From contig CM082578.2 of the NCBI GenBank assembly GCA_040954595.2, positions 8,417,519 through 8,481,518 on the forward strand: a DNA stretch of 64,000 nucleotides. The letters are read 5' to 3'. Source of the DNA: Balanoglossus misakiensis. Lineage: Eukaryota > Animalia > Hemichordata. Position 1 is the stretch's first letter, and every line of letters starts with the position of its first letter. A model generated the notes under the pieces. That model saw only the letters and a list, made by a program, of their open reading frames with translations, ran no database searches and was not told the origin of the DNA. Made by a program: the position numbers and the translations under genes. Of this stretch, positions 37,392 to 48,677 are shown one piece after another.

Positions 37392-39184
37392 GTAAGTTTT
37401 TCATTATAAAAAGGAGCATTAGTAATCTTGGCACAATTGCTGAACCCAGGTTTTAACAGATTGTCGTGACTTTTTCAGTAATTGAGGTTTTTACCTCACC
37501 ATCCTCGCATGTGAGGTGGCCGTTTTCTTACTCGTTATCTTGCGTGCCTAGATCATTATGGCGTCGTTTCAGTGTATGTGGCGACTTCCATCGCCTCTGT
37601 CTCAAAATGTTGTCTTCACATCAGATTAGTTTTCTTGATTGTACGTGGAAGTATTCCAAGGAGAATTTTCACGCCAAATTACTGACATAAGCGACAAAAA
37701 CGGCCGAACTTATTCCCCATTCACAGATGTGGCGTGCGCGTCGCGTCGCGTCATACCACATTTTGCGCGCTCCCGCCATTTTCTTATCCGTCGTAAATCC
37801 ATTGTATGTTCATTGTCGTTCCATGGTACCGTGGAAATCATTCCGTACCCGTTTGTCGTAACAAGTTGTGTTTGGTCGTATGGTACAGACGCGATTTTAC
37901 CCGCGGCAATTTGGAGTCGTGTAGTTTATACAATGTAGTGTACTCAGCCATGATGGTTGTCAAAGCAATTTTCATGTACCCCGCCATACTTCTTCGATTT
38001 TACAAGTTTTCGTCGCATTTCCTCCGGATTTCCATTTGTTTGAAAATTCTGTACCGGTATTTTCGTCATGACTGAACCCCAATTCAACGTTATTAACGCA
38101 TGAACAAGAACTTGAAGGGATGTATTTGAAGTGTGATTGATGTTTTTGTACAGAAGACATGCCAGGTCAAGGAATTTTCGATGTGCGCCACATGTGAGAT
38201 GTAATTTGCATAATCAGTAATAAAATGGCTTCGTGTAGATTTCGACCGAACGTGTCGACATTTTTTTTCGGCCCAAAACGTGTCGACAAATTCTCAGTTT
38301 ACCATCATTTTCCATTTTGGATTTCTCGGGTCGTTCGTGGTTGAGAACTTGCATTTAGAAAAGAATGGCGGGATCAGAAGTTCACGATGCGGTCACGGGT
38401 GAATAAATTTAGCCTACGCGCAGGATTCAATAATATATTCATGAAAATTGAAATGTGTCTATGAAAGGTTCGACCTCAGGGGGGGGGGGGGGATAAATTA
38501 CGAAACAAACTAAAATCGTCAAGGGATGCTTTTACAGCTAATAATAATAAACGTTGGACCAGGGTTTTTCCCCCGCAAAAGTGCCATATGTTGCCAAACT
38601 TTTGCTCTTTTCGTACACTGCATCTGAAATCTGGCGAAACTTCAAAGATTTATCATATTACCTTTTTTGTATGTGATTGTCAGTTTTCATGTATAATATA
38701 AACGGTACATAACTAATATAGATGATCTTAATGAAAACATGTGAATGGTAGTCTGTACAATACTTTATTTTAATTGACTGGAAACTAGCCACATGCATAC
38801 ATTAATTTTACATAAAACTACAGGTGGGTGTTTATTTGCTGTGACAATTTAAAATTTATTGTAGGTCAAATTAGTTTCAGAGATGTCGAATAAATCAAAC
38901 TGTAGCTTCAGAAAAAGTGTATTTTAGGTAATTAAGCTAGTAGTTTTGTTACTGAAATGATTGAATTGTGCCATGATGACCTCTGTGGTGTAATGTTTGG
39001 ATGTCTGTTGTGACATGATTTAATCTAATCTTGTTTGTGAGGTTTTGATAAGCCTTTGTGTCCATTCTGAAACAGATTAGGAAACTCCCATTCATTGATA
39101 ACTTATTAGGAAGCCTGTATTAACCCTGTTGATTTTTTTTTCTTCTTCAAGTAGGAGGAGAGTGAGCGAGAGAGAGGAGGAGAG

Positions 39185-42100
39185 ATGAGTGGTAGAGGGG
39201 AAGTTGAGTGCTATCTTTGTCACAATTTAGGGCATATTGCTCGTGACTGCAGAAGTGGTGGTGGTCGTGGTGGTGGACGTGGCCGAGGAGGTGGAGGACG
39301 CGGGCGTGGGCGAGGTAAGTCACTTGTGTTAGGCGTCCGTGGGTTATGTATGAATGGTGAGGAGTATGTTGGTGTCTAGGCTGTCTACATCGGCAGCAAT
39401 TAGTGCTTTTAATTCAAGTGTCTGGGTTGTGCTTTTTTTGGTCTTTTTTTTGGGGGGGTGGGGGGGTGGGCACAGTTCCTGCAAAGATTTACTTCAGTAT
39501 CATGTACATCATAAAGAACTCGTGTTTTTCTTGTATGTAGTGTGTGTGTGCGCAAACATTCCATGCTGGTGCACTGTGAGAAATATATATACACAGTGCA
39601 AAGAAAAAGCGTTCCGTGAAAATTGTCATCATTCCCAGCTTCCCCAGGGTGGCATGATTTTGTTTTGTTTTTTTGTTGTTGAAGTGGTGTGTCCAGTAGT
39701 TAGAGCCCATCCACCTCTACCTGATTGAGTGGTCTGAGGGCAGTCCTTGCCCTATGATGATTACCTGGTGCTGTTTGCACTGCACAAGTTACTAAGCCAC
39801 TGTGACTTTGTTAATACTAATAGGTGCAGGTGGACGGGGCCGTGGGGGTCGAGGAGGTAAGACTTTTTCGGTCTTCCTAGATTTTATTTTGATTCCCCTC
39901 CCCTATGTTTAGTTTTTTTTTTACCCCCTTGGTTTTTTTTTTTAAGTTTGCCACTTCCAGCATGAAATAACCCCTGGTGACTGAAAGAGTGAATAACATT
40001 GGACTTGAACTAGAGTGACAGTCCAAAAGTAGAGGGTACAAGCCAATGCTGTGGGAACGCATTGGTTTTCATTCAGCTAGCAAAATAACACATGTTGTTA
40101 TTACCATAACTTTGCATCAGCGACATTGTTGCATGTCCGCCTGGTGTTCATCAGCAGTGCGCAGAAATGTCTTGTCCTGTAGTGTGGAATATTGGCACAT
40201 GATGGAATGGGTGTTGACGGAGAATGGATGAGAGCTGGACAGTCTTCATGTAACATTCCTACACCAAGGGTATTGCTACACCTTGACTGTTCACCAACGA
40301 TATTGACATGTATATGTGCCCAGTGTTTTTTTTTTTTTATAAGAACACTGTTTACTGTAGCTTGGGTAAAAATGGCAGGTGGTAAAATTGCTAATGGACG
40401 AAAGGCGACTCATTTGAGTAATCTGAATTCCTGACTCAATCCCTCTGAAATCTACAACTACAAGCAGGTTTTCCTTGAATTTGTCTGATCTCACACAAGT
40501 TTCTCGTGAACACAAGGTTGACGAAGAATTCAGTTGATCTAAGCAGAATTCATCTGGTGTAGGAATGTGTACATGAAGTATGCCATTCACAGATTGTTAG
40601 AACAATGTAATAATCAGTGTTCTCCCCAGGAATTTCTGTTAGAGTAGTGGTTAATTTGCATAACAATAGTAACTTATGTTAATTTAGAGATGCTATCTTC
40701 TCAGAATTAAAAAGTAGTGGCCCTATGCTTTGTTATGGGGAGCACTGTAATTCAAATACATGTGTTGTGCTGCCAGCAGTTTTTGCCAACCCAACATAAC
40801 TATAAAAGCAAGAGGAATTTTCCAATCGTGTAACGTGTCAGAATAATGCATTATCAGAAATGATGTATTTGATTGAGTGTCCTCAAATGGATCTGGGTTT
40901 GAAAAAAAAAAGTGTAAGTGATTATGAATTGATGTAACATTTGTAAGACTGTGGCAATATGTTTATGAGCTGCACCTATCTACCGTGTGTATGAATGCTG
41001 AAATATCCTGTTAAAATGTAAATGTTACTGGACAGGTGCATTTTGAAATGCTGTGAACATTGTGGGCGTTCACTGCCGCTGTTCTGAATTGAAAGAGTAA
41101 TTTGTAATAAATTATGTACACTGATTTGCTTTTCTGCGCACTTGCCTGTCACACTAACAAGTAGGCATACTTAGTAAATTCTGGTGTGGCTAACTGCAGG
41201 GGGGATGGGGTGGCATTTTTAAAGTCTATACAACACCAGTGATTTACTGAAGGGAATGGCTCAAACTATTGCAGTCGAGTCAGTAGAATCTAATGTTGTT
41301 GACAATGTTGGTTTCTGTTGCACAGATACTTGTTATCGCTGTAACAGGACTGGACACTTTGCAAGAGATTGTACTGTATCCGAAGGTTGGTCTTCTTTTA
41401 CAGAACTTGTAGAGGAAAAAAATGTGTGAAGAAAAAATTTGATATTGATTTTATATCATTTATGTTCCAACCATTTTCAGGTTCATGTTCATCTTTGTCA
41501 CCAATTCACGATTACATTTTTTGCAAAATTTTAAGTGTTTTTGCAGCACAACCAGTACAGACAGTTTCAAACATTGTCATATACATCCTGTATCTTGCAA
41601 ACTTTCAAGTCTGAAAAGATTTATGGTAACACTTTGGTGTCAAGCACTATTCCAATGAAGAGATGGACCCAAAACCAATCATTTTCTTGTTGGCATTGTT
41701 TTACACAAATAAAATCACTGGCTTTCCAATGCCTACCACCTGGACGCGATATGAACTGGAATATCATTACAATTATCCAATTGTACGAGTATCTCTGAAT
41801 CAGTTCTTCAGAGAGTGTAATTGTCTTGCTGGTTGGAACAGTATTGGAATGGGGTCAAGTAAGATTTAACTGTTGTCCATTTTTTGTGTTCCGGCAACAT
41901 CTGTCATCTTCTGTATGATTTTAGATCCTTTGTCATGTTGAGAAAGGGATTCCTGGACAGAATTTGCCCAGTAACAGTGCTTGTATGTTATTAGTGTATA
42001 AATGCAACAGTTGAGACTGGTAAGTTTAGAGTGATCCTGGTCATGTTTCACCTTGCAGACTCCGGATTCGCCTGCTACAACTGTGGCCAAACTGGACATA

Positions 42101-42704
42101 TGGCCAGAGAATGCGACGAACCACGCAGCGACAACAGGAACAACGGCAGCAACATCACTTGCTACAGCTGTGGCCAGACTGGGCACATGGCCCGTGATTG
42201 CACTCAGGGCGGCGGCGGCGGTGGTGGTGGCGGCGGCGGAAGCGACAAGAACTGCTACAACTGCGGCAAGGGAGGTCATCTGGCCAGAGAGTGCCCTGAA
42301 GGTGGCAGTGGAGGCGGTGGCGGCGGCTACAGCTCCGGTGGTGGCGGTGGCGGCGGCAACTGCTACAAGTAAGTGCCAGGGGGGGTTACAGAGTTTTAGC
42401 AGGAATCATGAAATCGTCTATGATATTATGTATCTCTGCTGTGTGTGATTTTGGCTCAAAAAATGCAGTTTTGTTTTTATAAAGCAGGTTGTATGCGTTC
42501 CTCGGATACGACTCCCGCTAATGTAACTATTTTTTATTTTCCAGGTGTGGAGAGCCTGGGCACATTGCCCGCAACTGTCCCGATTATGGTGGCGGCCGCA
42601 GCAGCAACGGAGGTGGCGGCGGCGGCGGTGGTGGTGGCGGTGGAAACTGCTACAAGTGCGGTCAACCCGGTCACTTTGCGCGCGAGTGCGACGTGTCAGC
42701 TTGA
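39185..42704 (+). CDS. CNBP: CCHC-type zinc-finger nucleic acid binding protein (CNBP-like), 7 zinc knuckles plus RGG box; exons 39185-39314, 39824-39856, 41326-41385, 42059-42368, 42545-42704
   Basis: Seven CX2CX4HX4C motifs ([98 protein letters not shown]) with RG/RGG tract between knuckles 1 and 2; phases compatible; AATAAA at 44721. Confidence 0.9.
40615..40747. mobile_element. short hAT-like MITE remnant
   Basis: CAGTGTTCTCCCCA ... TGGGGAGCACTG inverted ends; TSD not clear. Confidence 0.45.
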
Positions 42705-44796
42705 AGGCCTTCAAAGTAAACGAAGGATTGGAATGCCTATCTTATGCTAGTCGAAGTGGCCAGTACCAGTTGCATAGGGGGCAGAAAAATGAAAAAAAGA
42801 AAAAATGTTTTGGTCAGTGGGGCAGATTAATCCAAAAAGGGGGCATCAAGTTATTTTCAGAACAGGTCGGCTGCCTGATTCTGATTTCGACACTTTAGAA
42901 CTGGTTTCACACGTGGAAACTGGCTGGTCCAGGCTGAACTGAGATATGGTGTAGTCTAAAAAAAATATAACTAACTGTATGAGTTGCTGATCTGAGTTAC
43001 CCATACAAAGTGTTATTCATTTATTATTATATGCTAGTAGTTCCTAGATTGTTTCCTTTTTTTGAAAAACACAAGACCCCCGTTCTGAAGGGGAAACCCA
43101 ATGTATTGTTTTAATTCCCTTGCTCTCAAGAGTGATTCAGATTTAAAAAAAAAAAAACGTGAATTTAAATGTCCCTCCACATCCTTTCGCCCTCTTATTT
43201 TTGCCCAGTTTGATCGATTTGTGACAATTTGGTCAATTCAAGGCCTCAAAAATAAGATGCTAGAAAGGATTTAACTGGAGTCGGACAGTAGAATGCATTT
43301 TCAACTTTTTTTTTGTTTCCAAGAAGAATAACTAAGTAGAACAATCAGATATCAGGATTTCTTGATGTATTGAATTTTTTCAGCAGGAGAAATGTTTTGA
43401 AGTTGCTGGTGTGGAGTTCTGAAGTGTGTTCAGTATTTAACAACAATATTCAAATCTTTGTTTTTGTGCAAGTGAAAAGGTGAATGGAGCCTTTTTGGGG
43501 AGAGTGGCGTGTTTCAGGCGTGTTGATGTTGGAAAGTGCAACAGACGTAAAAGGAGACGTTTCGAAATCAGGTCAGGGCTGTCAGGTAGCGCGAGTATTG
43601 TTCTTGTCACACTGACCTGCCTTGATCGTTGCCCCCTGTGCTTAGAGAAATTCACGAGTAGTGAAGTTGAAGAGAAGTGAGGTAAAAAAAAAAAGGGTTT
43701 TGAGATGCGAGTTGGCCGAATCGACATCCAGTTGGGGACCCCACCGGGGCCAGTTACTGTGGCACTGTGGTGGTGGTCTTGCCCTTCGTGGAAAAGAAAA
43801 ACTTTCTGTTGAGGTTTTCGAAGGGAGAGAGTCAAAACAATCATCTCTCTTCAGTGAACATTTTGTCGTGATAATCAGGTGAGGGAAGTGTTTTGTAATT
43901 CAGTAAGTTTTGAACATTGCTTGTCATTTTTTCTGTGCCTTCATTGAACCATCATCCTCTGACAGTATATCACCTTTGTCGTGAGGGCACTTTTTGAATT
44001 TTCAGAGTTGTACCGGGCGTCTGATCTTCGGGTCTGAGCCGAGAAGTTTATGTGTACAGGCAATAGAACAATCTGAGAGATATTAACACCTGTGGCAGAG
44101 AGAGAGAGAGAAAGAAAAGGGAAACCATCGTTGAAATAAAATTTATAGGAATTTATTTTCTGAACTTTTTCTAGAATTTTTTGTCGAAAGCTGAAAATTT
44201 ATTTTGTCACTTGGGGTAGAGTTTTTGGTGCATCTGTGTATTCTTGGTTTATCAAAGAAGAAGAAAATTTCAGTTCTCCTAAGACAGGGGTTCAAATTTC
44301 AAATCTCATTCTCCCACCATATATAACCTGGCCATTTCATAGGTCCTTGTATTTTATATTTCCGACAGACGAATGAATCGAGTACTGTAAGGGAAAAGAG
44401 CAGCTGTCCACATTTATTATTACATGCGACATTAGAACATGGCCTCTTGAGAGAACGCTGTGTACAGACCTTGTTTGCACACAGCCCTCTCTTGAGAGGC
44501 ATGATCAGAATATTGTAAACAGATTATCCGGTTTTATTTGTTGTATCATTTTGTTATTCCACAATGTGTGATTCCCCGTCAATGAATTTGTAGTTTAATT
44601 AAAAGGAATGTATTTGTTCATCAAAAGGAGAGATTGAATTGAGGTTTGTACAAGATCCATTAACCTGTTGAAATTGTTGGGAAATTACTTGTACTATGAG
44701 TTACTGTTTTTTGTAAGATGAATAAAACGCAAACATGAGAGCATTAAATGATTGTGTATGTGATTGTTTTCTGTATGATCATGCAGTCAGTTGATT

Positions 44797-44818
44797 CATA
44801 GACAGTCTACTGTCTATG
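44797..44818. mobile_element. 22-bp hairpin CATAGACAGT-CT-ACTGTCTATG flanked by 7-bp direct repeat GTTGATT (transposon footprint)
   Basis: Direct repeats at 44790-44796 and 44819-44825. Confidence 0.7.
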
Positions 44819-45314
44819 GTTGATTGGACCTTGTATGTGGATTAGTGCTTACTGCCTGGGAATTACTCTTGGACCTTGACACCGGCAGTGCAGGAAATTT
44901 CTCCCAATTCAGTACAATTGATGCACTGACAGATCATGTATATCAAGACTTCACCAGCATTGGGATTTGTAATATCTTGAAAGTTGATTTTATTACATCA
45001 GTGATAGGGGATGGCACAAATAAAACGCACTGAGAAGTAAAATAAAAATATTTGCATTTATTTTTTTATGAAGTCCAGTACATTCACCACATCAATTTAA
45101 CCCACATTCACTTTCTGTAATTTACAGTACCGTAAACCGGTAGATATACGCTGATCAAGTGATGTACATGTAATATTGCACATAAGCAAATTTGCCTGCT
45201 TCTCTGGTTTGTTCATTCATTTGTATGATCAAACATACAGTGTTTACATTCAATTTGCCTTAATTTCTTGTCATTACAATATGAAATTGAAAAGTGTTCA
45301 TTCTGAACTCAAAT

Positions 45315-48281
45315 CTACTGGGTAGCTGCCACATGGTATGGTGCAAACATGGATTTCCACAGACGTACCACACTCTGCCATAGCTGACCCGCATATGAAA
45401 GGCCCCATACGGTGTCTGTGAACAGAAACGTGAAAGAATTTATGTGAATATTTGCTTCTTGGAGACAATCCAAGCACTTGTTTAAGCTGGGTACAATAAA
45501 TAGTACCTGAATTGGACCCTGTCCCATGTTTCCAAACTGGCCATGCCTTTGAAAACGATTGGTTTGAAGTGACTGGCAGTGACCTTCAGTCATCAGGATA
45601 AATTTATTATTCAAGTATAGATTAATAAGAGAACACCTAAAAAAAAGCTTAGTTACCTGTATATGTCTAAGGATAAAACTTTATGTTTGGCCAAGATTTA
45701 TTGTTTTTATTAGCACCCAGTCATAAAGATTATAATCACAAATATCTTGGAATCTTATCAACAAAACCATTCCCAGCTTTAACATTTGCAAGCATTGCGG
45801 GAAAGGTTTCCTCAATGGATATCACATTTTATATGTTGTTATACAAGGATGAAAAATCTGTACTGCAGACATTTGCGTGTGGGAGGAAAATGACACAGAC
45901 ACACTTTTACAAATTGAAAAGGTGCAATTCTGAAGTGACAATTAGCTTTTTCATGTCAGACTCTCAACCAGAAAGGTCACACAGTGAACATAACTGTGGG
46001 GTACTGTTCACTGCTTGTTACAATATGAAACCCAGTCTACAAAATTCATGTACTGGTACATCAAGTACATGTAAGAATTATAATCCAAATGAGAACATTT
46101 CTGTTTTTGACAAAATGAAGGTTTGTGATGATTGGCACATGAGACGACATGTTGAAAGTGCTGCTGCTGTAGTTCTACAGCTCACAGCCAGACTGCTAGA
46201 TTTGCACTGTGGCCAATAACGTTGGCAGCGAGACACTGCACTTCTCAGTGTGAAACTCACCTAAGTTTGTTTTGAACAAGATGATGTAGACGAAGACAGC
46301 AATCACAGCAAGTTTGCGGATGACGGTAAGGCTGATGAATGGTAAGCGTTGGAAAATGTTGGATCCCATTCTCTTCACAGCATTGCTGAATGCCTCGGGA
46401 AATAGCACACCTTCAGACGGAAAGAAAGATGATCTCATTTTGAGTGCTGACTGAAAGACAAATGCAGCTCAAAGTGGTGTACTGGTTTAATATTTCATCT
46501 TAAAAGGATTCTGATATTACCGTTGATGCCGTTATGCAATAAGAACTCAAAGGGATCACTTCACCTGCAGAGCTTCCATGAATGTATCTGCTCTTTATTT
46601 GTACACACCTACGGTACTGCCATAACCTATAGCATTGAACTCATGATTCTCTGACATCAAAATCGAAATATCACACATAGCATAACATTTTCACAGCTGA
46701 AGTGAAAATGTTCAATTTATGTGCAATAAGTATAAGAGATTTACTGGGTGAAAATCAGTGTGGAACCTAAAGAAAATGAGGCCAGTCATGCTGACTGAAA
46801 ATTTGAAATCAGACTTTTGTATAGATAATACTTAAAATACAAAATGGTATAATTTTAGAATGTAGACAGATATACACAACAGAATGACAGCCATACCTAG
46901 TTCAACTGTGATGTAATGAATAGCAGAACACAAACCAGTCTGGCCAATGTCTATCACACACCTGCAACATATACAACTGATCTGAGAATGATAGATCACA
47001 ATTCATTTACCTTGCTTGTCAGAAGGTGTACCTCTGCCAGCTTTCGAGATGCAACTCTGATTCTCCTGGTTGATAGCTTGCTCGTATTTCTTGATGAACT
47101 TTATGAGGGCGATCTTTCTGTCGAGGCTGAGGACAGTGTCCAGGTCGGCGTACTGGATGGCTTCACCATACTTCGCCTGTGGCAGTAAGATGTTCACAAT
47201 GAAGAGTTCAAGGATCCCTGGATACGAAGGCAGCGACTGGTTCCTGGGAAATTTCCTCCACTCTCGAAACACAGGTTCGGCCGTTTCGTAGTCTTCATAC
47301 TTGCCATACATGAGAATGCTGCAAGAAGGGGATGATAACATGTCACAGTAATATGTTGATGCTCAAGCTGGTTCAGAGGGCCCATTCTACATAAATTTTC
47401 AACCTTTTTTTTTTCTTTCTGACTGACCTACCTTGCCGAGACATTTGAATAATGAGAGAAAAAAGACATCATCATCAGACACATGCATTTTCACTGCAAG
47501 CTTACCATATTTGTATGATCTTATCAGGACAGTGTCTGATACCATGGTAACACTTTTTCAGGAATGGCAATACTTCAGTGTGTTGACCAGTTTCTGCGTA
47601 CGCTTGTACGGCCAGAATGCACAACGATTCCACGAGTGTTGCCAAGTAATGTCTGATATGAAGAAAAAAAGTAAATTTTGGTGAATTTTAAATAAAAGTT
47701 CAAAACATGGAATTCTTAGCACTGCTGTGTCCATCACTCTACACAATGATGAATGGATGGAGAGCTGTGTTTGTGTTTATCATTCAAGATGTTTGCTTGT
47801 TTTATAGGTGTGTGCATGGTCACTCCATCATTTCTTTCAGTTTGCCACGTGCAAACTTTATTAAGTAAATACTAAACACAAATCTTCATTGATTCCTTAT
47901 TAAATTAATCATTCGTACATAAACACAAACAAAAGGAGGTCATGTCATTGCTAGAATGTTATTGATCGTCTATGGTAATCGTCTGCATACATCTGAGTCG
48001 GGTTTTCAGTCAGAACACTAGTTCTAGAAAGTTAATATATAACCGACCCATTTTCAATGAATAACAGAGGAAATTTCTTACATCAAGTTATCGAAAGTTT
48101 CTCTTTCACGTGCAACTTGTGATGAACGCTCAACATGCTTCTGGTACTGTTTTACACTATCAATTTCGTTGTTGCATAGTTCCAGGACGTCCAAAAAGTT
48201 TCTGAACATCAGAAGGTCGTTGCCCTTTTCTACAAGCCTGCAGAACTTCTGCCTGCATTCGACCTCCAGCTCGTTTGTCAT
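45315..48281 (-). CDS. PEX26: peroxisome assembly protein 26; exons 48281-48082, 47652-47506, 47318-47011, 46446(or 46450)-46261, 45415-45315
   Basis: LVEKGNDLLMFRNFLDVLELC; ESLCILAVQAYAETGQHTEVLPFLKKCYHGIRHCPDKIIQIC|ILMYGK..EWRKFPRNQSLPSYPGILELFIVNILLP matches the recalled PEX26 pattern (SLCVVGIQALAE..PPKVLELCILLYSK..W...P.NQ.LP.Y). C-terminal TM (LAVIAVFVYIILF) plus short tail. Exon-4 acceptor uncertain. Confidence 0.85.
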
Positions 48282-48677
48282 CTTGATCAAAAAGTGATGG
48301 TTACATTTCTATAATGCTTCACTAGCGTGACAGTTGCCCTGCCCACAGTACAGGTGTGTTCACAAAAGTTACAATCAAGCCAGGCTGGCAGATCAAGCAA
48401 CATGCAACGGACAACATCAATGTGTGTGCATTAGTTTCACTTCCTGTGGAACACGCAGCTCCGCGAAAGTGCATACTATGGCAGACTCCCGGGGTTTGGT
48501 GATGTTTTATTTTTGACATAAAATAAATGCATTAGTATTTAAAATTTTTGCTTCAAACAACATTTTTATTGAAACTATTCGAATATTTCGCATAATCAAT
48601 GCAGAAATAAACTGGGCTTGTATTACCCACAATTCCGTGTGGGACGAGGCGTGAAGGGCGGACGCACAGACACAACC
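48282..48677. promoter_or_regulatory. ~400-bp bidirectional promoter/5'UTR region PEX26 <-> CAPZA
   Basis: Only 396 bp between the start codons, in opposite orientation; ETS-like CACTTCCTG at ~48438. Confidence 0.7.

Noticed and set aside
39690-39800. Possible intronic snoRNA in CNBP (ATGATGA box C-like, nearby CTGA)
   Set aside because: The D-like box lies upstream of the C-like box; no terminal stem or recognisable guide.
41866-42898. Poly-Ala and poly-Arg/Trp ORFs overlapping CNBP
   Set aside because: Alternative frames and strand of the GGN (Gly) repeats.
44438-44510. SECIS interpretation of the 3'-UTR hairpin
   Set aside because: No 5' AUGA/3' GA quartet with apical AA in the right geometry, and no in-frame UGA needing recoding.
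45683-46219. 178-aa plus-strand ORF
   Set aside because: Antisense within a PEX26 intron; AT-rich, no recognisable motif.
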